Below, piece by piece: positions 9,756-19,252 of a DNA stretch of 64,000 nt. A program made the translations under genes and the position numbers. The stretch's first letter is position 1. Each line of letters starts with the position of its first letter. This stretch comes from Chloropicon primus (lineage: Eukaryota). The notes under the pieces are model-generated. The model did not search any database and had not been told where the DNA came from. It worked only from the letters and a program-made list of their open reading frames with translations. The DNA lies in contig CP060757.1 of assembly GCA_023205875.1 (NCBI GenBank), forward strand, positions 1,178,001 to 1,242,000, in the 5' to 3' direction.

Positions 9756-12467
9756 ATGAATTCTCGATCGTCAGGAGCAGCGGGAAGGCGGGAAGGGATG
9801 GAGGCAGGAGGGAGGAGAAGGGAGGAAGGGAGGATGGTTGGTGGGGTGTCGACGACGGTGGCGGGGGCGAGGTATGAGGAGAACCAAGGGGCGAGCGCGA
9901 GGGACGAGAGGACGGTGGCCCTGCTGGGGAAGTTGTGCACGAAGGCGCACGCCACGAACCCTCAAAAAGTGAGTGGAGCGCTCTCCCGCTCGGTGGGGAT
10001 CATCGTGAGGGAGAACGAGGGGGAGAACGGGGCGGTGATGCAGGCGTCGAGCTCGTCCCTCGACAGCTTCGGCATGGAGGCCAGCATCGCGGCCAGCGTG
10101 CAGAGGCAGCTGGTGAGGACGGGGAAGAGGGACGAGGCCACGGGCCTGCCCCTGAGCGTCAAGTTCGCGGAGCTGCACGAGACGCTCTCTCGCAAGGGCG
10201 TTCTGAAGCGCTACGGGTCCCTCCTCAGGCTCTTGAACCAGTTGAGCCGACACTGGAACGGTCTGGACGGCGCGGATCCGAGCGCGGTGTCCAGCGCCTC
10301 CGCCTCGGCGGGGGGCAACACCATGGTTCCCTTCAAGGTCATTGGTGGCGAGGAGTTCAACCACCCCGGGGTCCAGAGGAACAAGAACGGCGAGAGGGCC
10401 ACGATTCGCAAGCTCAAGTACTTCAGGATCAAGGAGAGGGACGACTTCCAGTCCCTTCACGAGCGGGATTTGGTCAGGGACGTGCTGTTCGTCGCCCAAG
10501 GGATAGACGGCAAGTACGTCAAGTTCATGCCGTCGGAGGACAAGTACGGCATCGACCCGGAGTACGTGGTCTCCGCGCAGGCGAGGGAGCTCACGACGAA
10601 CTTGTGCGAGATCGGCTGGCTGTACAGGAGGCTGCAGTACCAGGCGGAGTCCTTCGAGGGCGAGGAGGAGCAAGGAAAGGGTTCCACTCAGCAGGCCTTC
10701 TTCTCTTCCGTGCGGGACCACCTGGCGCACTACTACAGGATGCTCGCGCTGGTGGAGTCGAAGGTGATGGCGAGCACCAGCAGCGCGGACGCCAAGTCCC
10801 TGGCTTACGGCGAGGTCGGGGCGGGTGGCTTGATCGAGAGGGAAATGAAGGGCGCGAAGGTGAGCTTGAGGTGCCTCGCCATCATGCTCTCCGAGCCCAT
10901 GCAGCAACTGAGGGTCCTGGCGATCCTCTGTGATGCGGCGAAGGACCTCAAGGGCGGCATGCTCATCAACAAGCTCTTCGAGCTCGCCAAGCACGGGGAT
11001 CCTTACGTGAGGAGCCTCGTGGACGGAATTCTGCACAAGGTGTGCAAGCCACTTTTCGGAATGATCTCCAGGTGGATCTTCGAGGGGGAGCTCCACGACC
11101 CCTGCGGGGAGTTTTTCATCCAAGAGAATCCCAGCGTTTCCCTGGACGACGTGTGGCATGACGGGTACTGCCTCAGGACCGAGATGATTCCGGTGGCGAT
11201 CTCCGACCAGGTCGCCAAAACCATCCTGAGGACCGGAAAATCGATCACTTTCCTCAAGAAGTGCTGTGAGGTGAAGGAGTGGGGAGACTTCCACTCCATG
11301 TCTCGCGAGGCGGAAAAGAGCCTGCAGTTTGGCTCCAGCAACACCAACAACAGCGTGGAGACCTTCGAGTCCTTTGTCCACAAGGTGGCAAAGAGGGTGG
11401 ACTCTCACCTCATGCAGACCCTGTTTTACAACTTCAGGTGCGGGGACCACCTCCAGGCCGTTAAGAGGTACTTGTTGCTGGGCCAAGGTGACTTCATTCA
11501 GCAGCTCATGGACTTGTCTGGGGAAGACCTGAGCGAGAAGGCCGGGACTGTGAGCGCCTACCAGCTCGGGTCGACCCTTGAGACCGCGATTAGGTCGTCG
11601 GTCGTGCAGTTCGACGACCCCGAGATCCTGAACTGCCTTCGGGTGGAGATGATGCCCCACGCCAGCGAGGAGTACGGCTGGGACGTTTTCTCCCTGAACT
11701 ACGTCGTTCGCAGCCCCCTGACTTGCGTCTTCACCGAAACGGCCATGAAGAAGTACCTCAGGGTCTTCAATTTCTTGTGGAGGCTCAAGCGCGTGGAGCA
11801 CGCCTTGTGCTCGGTCTGGCAATCGATGAAGCCGAGCGTCCAGCTCTTTGACAGGGTGAGGAACGAGGGCAGCGAGAACGTCGTGGGCATCAAGGACGAG
11901 GTGAGGAGGTGTCACTGCGTCAGGAACGAGATGAGCCACTTTTGCATGAACCTCCAGTACTACATCATGTTCGAGGTGCTCGAGGAGAGTTGGACGGAGT
12001 TCGAGGGGAAGATGAAGAACGCGAGCGACTTGGACACCCTGATCGAGGCGCACGAGACCTACCTGAACAACATCGTGGAGAAGGCCTTGCTGGGCGAGAG
12101 GTCCCAGGCTCTCATAAGGCAGCTCAACCTGGTGTTCGACCTGATCATGAGGTTCCAGGGCTTCTCGGGGAGGATCCAGGAGATCCTCAAGGAGGCGTCC
12201 TCCAAGAGGAGGCTGAGGACCCTGAGAGCCGAGGTGGAGTCGGCTCAGGGCAACTGGGGGTTGAACGGGGACGACGACGAAGGGGGCGACGCCGAAGGCG
12301 AGGACGTGGACTGCTTCCCGGAGAGGTTCCTCTACTCCACGAGGTACGAGCTCGACGCGATCAAGGGGGACTACAAGATCCTGGTCGACGGGTTCTTGAA
12401 GCTGTTCCCGACGGTCCCCCACATTGACTTGGGTCTGCTGGAGCAGAAGATCATTTTCTCGACGTGA
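9756..12467 (+). CDS. GCP3: Gamma-tubulin complex component 3 (Spc98 family)
   Basis: LVRDVLFVAQGIDGKY, WIFEGELHDP, YLLLGQGDFIQQLMD, GWDVFSLNY, FNFLWRLKRVEHAL, NLQYYIMFEVLE. Start is uncertain (9756, 9798 or 9834). Confidence 0.9.
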   Translation: MNSRSSGAAGRREGMEAGGRRREEGRMVGGVSTTVAGARYEENQGASARDERTVALLGKLCTKAHATNPQKVSGALSRSVGIIVRENEGENGAVMQASSSSLDSFGMEASIAASVQRQLVRTGKRDEATGLPLSVKFAELHETLSRKGVLKRYGSLLRLLNQLSRHWNGLDGADPSAVSSASASAGGNTMVPFKVIGGEEFNHPGVQRNKNGERATIRKLKYFRIKERDDFQSLHERDLVRDVLFVAQGIDGKYVKFMPSEDKYGIDPEYVVSAQARELTTNLCEIGWLYRRLQYQAESFEGEEEQGKGSTQQAFFSSVRDHLAHYYRMLALVESKVMASTSSADAKSLAYGEVGAGGLIEREMKGAKVSLRCLAIMLSEPMQQLRVLAILCDAAKDLKGGMLINKLFELAKHGDPYVRSLVDGILHKVCKPLFGMISRWIFEGELHDPCGEFFIQENPSVSLDDVWHDGYCLRTEMIPVAISDQVAKTILRTGKSITFLKKCCEVKEWGDFHSMSREAEKSLQFGSSNTNNSVETFESFVHKVAKRVDSHLMQTLFYNFRCGDHLQAVKRYLLLGQGDFIQQLMDLSGEDLSEKAGTVSAYQLGSTLETAIRSSVVQFDDPEILNCLRVEMMPHASEEYGWDVFSLNYVVRSPLTCVFTETAMKKYLRVFNFLWRLKRVEHALCSVWQSMKPSVQLFDRVRNEGSENVVGIKDEVRRCHCVRNEMSHFCMNLQYYIMFEVLEESWTEFEGKMKNASDLDTLIEAHETYLNNIVEKALLGERSQALIRQLNLVFDLIMRFQGFSGRIQEILKEASSKRRLRTLRAEVESAQGNWGLNGDDDEGGDAEGEDVDCFPERFLYSTRYELDAIKGDYKILVDGFLKLFPTVPHIDLGLLEQKIIFST

Positions 12468-12705
12468 GCGCGTATGGAGTCTTAAAGTATATGAAAGTGA
12501 ATATTTGGTGTGTTTTGTTTTGTTGTCGTTGTCGTTGTTCAACAATGTTTATTCTAAATGAAAAATGAATCCCAGCTACCCTACCCCTCTTGTTCTCTTG
12601 CTTGCTCAAGCGTCGTCGTCGGCGGCGCCTCTCTCTCTCTCGTATTGGCTCCACAAACAAAAAAAACTTTACATGAAACTTGCACCACGACGAGGCCACT
12701 AAAAC

Positions 12706-13017
12706 TCAAGTATTCAGCGTGTGGACGTTGGTGAAGGACGCCACCTTCTTCATGCCCTCGTACCCATTGGAGTCGGTCTTCTCGCTCCTCTCGACGCGCT
12801 CCAAGGCCTTCTCAACCTTGTCCACGCGGGAGCCCAGGTTCACGATGTGCTTGGCTGCCTCGTAAACGACCATGTTGATCGCGAAGGCGAAGAAGTTCCC
12901 AAGGCCGTTCTCCCCGTTCGCCCTGCGGTTGGACCTGCTGCCCTTGACAGTGTCGCTCTTACCACTGCCTTCGTACCTGAGCGCCCGGCGCTTGTGGGTG
13001 AACACGTTGTAAACCAT
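12706..13017 (-). CDS. Small hypothetical protein (103 aa) with one hydrophobic segment
   Basis: ATG-initiated ORF with host-like codon usage. No family recognised. Confidence 0.5.
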   Translation of the reverse strand: MVYNVFTHKRRALRYEGSGKSDTVKGSRSNRRANGENGLGNFFAFAINMVVYEAAKHIVNLGSRVDKVEKALERVERSEKTDSNGYEGMKKVASFTNVHTLNT

Positions 13018-13407
13018 GCTGCTGCTGTTGATTGGATTACTTTTGGGGGGTGGGATGATTTTTTTTCGGTCCCTTCAAGAACGAAAGCGGATCTCAGGAT
13101 CTCAGGGTCTCAGGTTTTCACGAGCGCGCGAGTTCGGCTTCTCGGCGGTGCGCGGTCGAGGTCGCCGGTCTCTTCGGTCTCTTCGCGGTCTTCGGTCGTC
13201 GGTTCCGGTCTCTTTGACTTGCAGGATTGGCGGCTCTTTGTGATTGTGATCTCTTGTTGTGGTGTTCAGACATCAGATCAAAAACAGCACACAGAAAAGT
13301 CACGAAAGGACGGTAGGGAAATCACAGTCAATACTGGAAGCACAAAGGCAAGTTCTCCTTTCCACTGAAAGAGAGAAACACGGAGAGGAAGGCCGGCCAC
13401 TACTTAC

Positions 13408-13560
13408 CTGTTAGTTTTCTGCAAAGGTCGTTTCACCGAGTTTGTAAGTTTCTCGGCAGGGTAATTCGGCCCTACCACGACCATTCCACCGTACATGAAC
13501 GAATACTTCCGCCCACGCACGGCAGCCCGTACTAACAAACGTATGTGCAACCCTGAGGAG
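13408..13560 (-). ncRNA. Putative Fanzor omegaRNA scaffold / element right end
   Basis: Lies directly 3' of the nuclease stop codon. Helices at 13531-13537/13409-13415, 13477-13482/13426-13431, 13470-13476/13455-13461 and 13452-13456/13436-13440. Confidence 0.5.
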
Positions 13561-15574
13561 TTACACACTTTTTGGTTGACGCAAGTGCTTCAGGAGGACG
13601 TTGCGTGCCCCGTTCACATCCCGACCGCACTTGAAGCCACACTTCTGGCACTTGTACACCTCTGCTCCACCCAGGTTCTTCTTGATGTGTCCGCACCTGC
13701 CACAGGTCTTGGAGGTGTACTCCTCCGTCACGATCGCCAGCTCACTGCCGTGCAAGAGCACCTTGGAAGCCAAGAACGTTCTGAACGCATAGTGCCTCAA
13801 CGTCAAGAGCGTGCGAGCCGTCTTCTTCCTGATCACTCGGCGTCTCCCGTTGTTGTTCTTCTTCACCATGTCTTGGGACTTGAACTCCGGGAGGAGGATT
13901 GTGTCGAACCTCCTGCATAGATCGTTGGCTACCTTTTTGTGAAGCTCGTTCGTCAGACCTCGAAGTTTCTCCATGCAGGCGTATTGCTGTCTCTTCAAGT
14001 CGCGGCGGTCGAGGTAAGGGAGCTTCACCTTTGGGTCTTTGCGCTCGGAAATGATCTCATCAATCCTCCAGCAGAGGTTGAACAGCCTCGCGAAGCCTCG
14101 CTCGCCCGTGGCATACTCCCCGACGCCTTCTTGCGGCGAGTACGACGTCTGAAAGGTCCTGACTCCCGGATCCAGGGCGACAACCTTCCGCTTGTTCTCA
14201 GGCTTCAGGGGTGGCAGGCGATCCCATGGCGTCGCGATGGGAATGTGCATGTGGAACTGCCCAAGGCGATTTCTTGTGATCTTCACGGCACCCTCGATCT
14301 TGCCCCCGGGGATCTCCTCCGTCAAGTACAGGGGCCCGCCGGCCATCTTCTCCTTGAACACCTCCAGCTTGGTCCACTTGCGTCGTTTCTTGTGCTTGGT
14401 GTCATCCTTGTGTCTCGTTCTCGGTCTTTCGATCGTCTCCACGTTCTTTAACTCTCTTGCATCAATTTCAATAGTCCAAGAACTCGGTTGCTGACGTTGA
14501 CGATACTTGAGAACGAAGCGGTGCCCCTTCTTCTCGCCGCGCTCCTTCATCGCTTCCTGCTTCGCGGTGTTCGAATCCCATGCCTTGATGAGACTTCGCA
14601 CGGCAGCTTGTCTGATGGCACAGGGGGTTTCCTTCAGCCAAGGATGCTTCTGATTCACAAAGGCCCCGCTAACGTAGTCCCGGTCCTTGGCGACTTCGGA
14701 TGCGAAATCGTCTGCCTCCAATTTGGCTCTCGAGTCTCTTCTCTCTGGCCGCGAAAAGCTCTGCCTCCTGTTTTGTCCATGGCCGTGGAGAGCATTGGAT
14801 TTCTTTCAGCTCTTTCTCCAGGCCCTCAAAGACCTCAGGGCGTCGCGGTTTGGCCGTCACAAATCTGTCCAGCAGGACGGTCCAAACCAGCGGAAAACCC
14901 TCCTTCTTGACCGCCTCCAAACACTTGTTGTATGTGAAACGCGCAGCTCCCATCCAGTTGCAAAGGCACTTCGCCTGCTCAGGGTTCAAGCGCATCCTCA
15001 GCTTCCTCGTCCGTATCACCGTTCGCTCCGACAATAGCTTGGAGGTCTTCAGTTTCTGCCCCCTCTTCCTTTTGGCGGGCGACTGCAATGTCTCGACGGA
15101 TACCACAGAATCTTCTGGAAGGTTCAAGCACGACCTCCATCCCGTCTTCGGACACTTTACCTCTTCAAGTTCTCTCTTGATCGATGAGAACCAGGTATTC
15201 TTCACGCTGTCGTCCGCCAAGCCACCCGGCTGCTTCCCTGCTTTCTTCCCCCTCTTGTTCTTCTTCTTCTTACCCTTCTTCTTGTTCTTCTTCTTGCCCT
15301 TCTTGCGAGGCTTCTTGCGAGGCTTGCCTGACGAGCTCGAACCCTCACCCGCAGAGGCGGGGTCGTCCGCGATAGGAAGCAGACACAACGCGTAGAGCCA
15401 CGCTAAACCCTGATTCCAGAACCGAAGTAACGGCCGCTCCGTCGTCGGAGACTCCTGCCCCGACTTCGAAGCGCCCTGAGCATGACTCTCGCCAGAGTGC
15501 GACCTCCTTGTGGAACTCGTCGAGCCACTCCCCTGCTTCTCCTTTTTCTTACGGCGCTTCCCTGATCGCGCCAT
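13561..15574 (-). CDS. Fanzor2/TnpB-like RNA-guided RuvC endonuclease split by a +1 frameshift (ORFs 15574-14669 and 14721-13561; ~670 aa if joined)
   Basis: N-terminal basic NLS-like tracts and RFWN...LLP...TWFS. HTH/WED start IRTRKLRMRLNPEQ...WMGAARFTYN, then WLKETPCAIRQAA. RuvC-I VALDPGVRTF; ILLPEF; VTEEYTSKTC; Zn finger CGRC...CQKC; RuvC-III RDVNGARN. Confidence 0.9.
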
Positions 15575-16138
15575 GACCGGTAGGGTTTCACTCGCTGCCC
15601 TCCTCGTAACTCCTCGTAACTATAGATTGGCCTTGTCCAGCAAGTGAGAAACGAGAAAACGTTTTTGTGGGTTGTCCTTTGGGTGTGACCAAACTGGTAT
15701 ACACTGGAATCCCACCAACAGGGGAAAACCTCCAACATCTCTGTCCTGCACGTTTTTTCATTTTTGGAAAAGGGAAGCCTCGAAAGGTGACGCGTCAGCG
15801 GTGAGTCATCAACCCATGTGAATAAGTTTGATTGCGGTGCCTAGATTTAGGTTCCAAGGTATTCGCCGATTGAGGTGGCCGAAAGGCACGGCGCTGTCCT
15901 CTGTGCTCCGAGGGTTCGGGGGAGGAAGTCCGAGAAAAGATTTAGTTCACGTTACAAGCAAAAGTGGCGGAAATCCGGAGACTTTCGCTGCATGGATGAA
16001 CAACAACGCCAGGAGCGGTGACGGCGTGGAGCGCTTCAGGAAAAGTGTAAACATATGTATATACATAACAAAAATGGATAATACAGATGCTCAAACAAGT
16101 TGAGCCCGCCTACTGTACAAAGCTTTGTGGGGGGCGCT

Positions 16139-17211
16139 TCAGTCTCTGTTGAAGGGCCACTGCACTCTCAAAAAATCCCACGAGCGATACTTTTGTCCGA
16201 CCTGCTTCCTGTCCATCTCCCGCTCGACGGCCTCTCTGTAATCTTCGAGCCTCGGGTGCATGAACATGGGAGCGCCCTTCCAAACGAGAACCATGGCCTG
16301 CCAATAGATCCAGAGAGCCACCCTTTGCGGCATGTAGCCGTAGTCGTACAGCGTTCTCAGATCAGCCCTCTCGCTCCTCGTGCCCCTGTGCTTGCTGACT
16401 CTGCACGTTAGTCTGGCCAGAAAGTAGCTGCCGTACTCTGGGTGACCCACGAAGATGTCGACCTTGAGACCTGTGAGTGAGAGAAGCAGGAGAGAAGGAG
16501 ACACGGCATGGTCAGCACCACACAGCGCATAATGACGACACGGTCGTCCTAAAGGCTGAAGGGGAACGACGGCTTACCTTTCGTCGGGCTCGGTGCCTGG
16601 GTCCTGATCTTCCAAGTGTTCTTCATGTCCATGAAGGGTGAGACGTGGAGGGACTTTGGAAGGGCGTCCTTCATCTCCGGCTCGAAACTGAAGACGACCC
16701 TCTCCCCCCAGGGCGTGTTGGTGACCTCGGCCACGCACTGCTCCAGCTCCACGCCGTCCTTGTCGAACGCGTAGTACACCGATATCGGGTTCTGAGCGTA
16801 CCCGCAGCACGAAGGGACCGTCAGCAGCCACACGGGACCCTCCGTCTTGCAGATCTCCCTCACCTTGGCCGAACTCAGCGACTTGTCCCCCGCGTCCTGC
16901 TTCGTCCGCCACCACCCTGGAGGCTCATCGAGGTTCACCATGCAGACTCGCACCTTGTACTTGAACGCGTTCTTCACCGGCTTGCTCCTCACGTGCTCCA
17001 CCAACCCCTCGTAGAACACCACAGACGAGGATTCTTCTCCCTCGTCCTCCTCCTCGTCGTCGTCGTGGCGCTGGCCCCCTCGCTTCCCTCCTCTGTTGTA
17101 GTACAACGCCACGAGGAGGACGTCCTTCAACAAGGACGGAAGGAGGACGAAAGCGTTCCAGGCGATGAAGGCCGCCAGAGAGAGACCCTGGAGCACGAAC
17201 GTCGACCACAT
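16139..17211 (-). CDS. DUF1365 family protein; exons 17211-16578 and 16470-16139
   Basis: YEGLVEHVRSKPVKNAFKY, GYAQNPISVYY, AEVTNTPWGER, KSLHVSPFMDM, IYWQAMVLVWKG. The intron 16577-16471 restores the frame. Confidence 0.9.
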
Positions 17212-17418
17212 TCTCACCCAACGCACGCTCTCGGCGCAGCAAGAGTCACAACACTCTGTAACGTCTTTATCAATGTTAAAACTAATAAGGAGTGTAATGC
17301 GGACGCAAAACAGATCCATACTTCGTAACGCGGCGCCTGCCCCTCGTAATCGTAATGCATACTTAATTTAAAGAAGGATAGGTTAGGTTTTGTGTCGCTC
17401 CTCGCTCGCTCGTCGCTT

Positions 17419-19026
17419 TTAGTTTTCCTTGGAGCAGATGCCCCGAAAGCCGTCGACGTCGCCGTGGAAGATGTGCTCGACGTGCTCCAAGCTGGTGAGG
17501 AGGACGCCCAGGACGCCCAGGAGGCACACGGTCGCGAAGAGGAAGATCACCAGGGACGGCCTCCGGAGCCTGTTGATGACCCGCTTGAGGACCAGCTGGG
17601 CGAGGAGCGTCGTCACCAGGGCCAGGGAGAACAGGAGGACCGCGTAGTACACCAGGAGCCTCCGCATTGCGATGTACCCGCACACCGTGCTCAGGGTGGT
17701 GAAGAGCATCATGGCCGAGCTCGTGGCCACGACCACCTCGGGAAGGAGGCCGAGCTCCATCAGGAGCGGGCCCTTGACGATCCCGCCGCCCAGGCCGAAC
17801 CAAGCGGCGATGACTCCGGCGAGCACGGCGACGGAGGGGTAGAACAGAAACTTGGAGGCGTCCCACATGCAGTCCCCCTGGACGAAGGCGTAACCGCCCC
17901 GGGTCCTGGCCTCCAAGCGCTTCCGGTGGAGGCCGGTCAGGTACCACCTGCTGTAGAGCTGGAAGGCGACGGTGAGGGGCAGGAAGCACGAGGTGATCGA
18001 CCAGAAGAGAACGGAGCCGCAGACTGAGGCCTGCTTGACCAAGAACAGCACGCCCACGCTGGCCTGCAAGGCGATCATCGGGGCGATCACCCCGGGGCCC
18101 GGCCGGAGCGGCTCCGCTTGGCTCAAGCTCGACTCCACGAGGGGCAAGGTGTCCCCCAGAGCCACGTAAGCCGGGTGCTCCTCCGGCTCGAAGTGCTTCT
18201 CGTTGGTGGCCAAGTCGAGGAAGCTCAGCTTCCTTCCCATCACGAGCTCGCTGCCGGTGCCGACGTCGGGGGACTCCGGCTCGGTCTTGGCTCCGTGGGC
18301 CCCGGGACGGCTTGGAGGCCAGCTCACGGGGTCCTGGTGGGTCCTGGAGCCCCGGAAGGACGACTCCGCGGGGGTGACGTCGTTGGCCTCCATGGCCCTG
18401 GACTCGAGCAGGTACAACTTGATCGCCTTCTTGTACGTCCTCGCCGTCATCAGGGCCAGGAAGACCATCATGAGGAGCATGCTCAGCCACACCGGAAAGG
18501 TCTTGTTCATCATGCCGCCGAGGACGGTGCCGAGGATACTCGCTGGCTCCAGGAGCAGCACCACCTCCCAGTCGATCATGCGCCTGCTGTGCACGAGTGG
18601 GTGGGCTCTCCTGGAGTTTATTATCACGTTCATGATGGAGCTGCCCAGGATCGTCACGTTGCTCAAGGCCACCGCGTGCATGGAATTGATCCCAAAGAAC
18701 GTGATGTAGAGTGGGACGAGAACGCCGCCACCCCCGAGCCCCGAGCCCGCGGCGACTGCGATGAACACGACCGCGAGGCAGAGACCTGCTATGCCTTTTG
18801 GATCTGTTGGCAGCGGCGTCCAGATGCTCTCCGCCTCCCCCCCCTGCTGCTGCACCTCGTCGAAAGCGGGCGGTCTCCCCCCGCCTCCCGCCAGCGGTGA
18901 CTCCGACCGATCGCGACCGTCGTCGCGGACCGCCGCGGAGGCCAAGGACGCGAGGAGGAGGCAGGCCGCCAGCAGAACCCAGTTGCTACGAAGTACCCCC
19001 CAGGACCCCGCCCGACTCCTCGCCAT
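17419..19026 (-). CDS. Sulfite exporter TauE/SafE family membrane protein
   Basis: AAGSGLGGGGVLVP, IDWEVVLLLEP, FGLGGGIVKGPLLMELG, and many transmembrane helices. Confidence 0.88.
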   Translation of the reverse strand: MARSRAGSWGVLRSNWVLLAACLLLASLASAAVRDDGRDRSESPLAGGGGRPPAFDEVQQQGGEAESIWTPLPTDPKGIAGLCLAVVFIAVAAGSGLGGGGVLVPLYITFFGINSMHAVALSNVTILGSSIMNVIINSRRAHPLVHSRRMIDWEVVLLLEPASILGTVLGGMMNKTFPVWLSMLLMMVFLALMTARTYKKAIKLYLLESRAMEANDVTPAESSFRGSRTHQDPVSWPPSRPGAHGAKTEPESPDVGTGSELVMGRKLSFLDLATNEKHFEPEEHPAYVALGDTLPLVESSLSQAEPLRPGPGVIAPMIALQASVGVLFLVKQASVCGSVLFWSITSCFLPLTVAFQLYSRWYLTGLHRKRLEARTRGGYAFVQGDCMWDASKFLFYPSVAVLAGVIAAWFGLGGGIVKGPLLMELGLLPEVVVATSSAMMLFTTLSTVCGYIAMRRLLVYYAVLLFSLALVTTLLAQLVLKRVINRLRRPSLVIFLFATVCLLGVLGVLLTSLEHVEHIFHGDVDGFRGICSKEN

Positions 19027-19252
19027 GGTAACCGTCGTCTCGCCGCGTGTGTGCTTCGAAGAAGTAAAGGTCGTCTGCCCTCCCAAGCGCCGCCCAGGAC
19101 CCTCCTTCCCTCCCTCTCTCTCTCTGACCCCCTCGTTTCCGTTCTCGTTCTGCTCGCCCGCTGCCGCTCCTCTCTGACCCCTGGGGGTCACGGTAACGCA
19201 CGGATCGATCGTGCGGCAAAAAAATATTTTTTTTTTTTTTTTTTTTTTTTAA

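Larger units (their letters stand above)
13408..15620 (-). mobile_element. Non-autonomous Fanzor2 (IS607/TnpB-derived) element; boundaries approximate
   Basis: Fanzor ORFs plus the structured 3' region sit between host genes. No transposase, TIR or TSD recognised. Confidence 0.55.

Noticed and set aside
13401..13410. TACTTACCTG, matching the U1 snRNA 5' end
   Set aside because: No U1 loop I, loop II (AUUGCAC) or Sm site follows. It is the complement of a minus-strand splice donor.
15403..16103. Short ORFs upstream of the Fanzor as a possible IS607 TnpA or other transposase
   Set aside because: No serine recombinase, HUH or DDE motifs recognised, and no TIR matching the right end was found.
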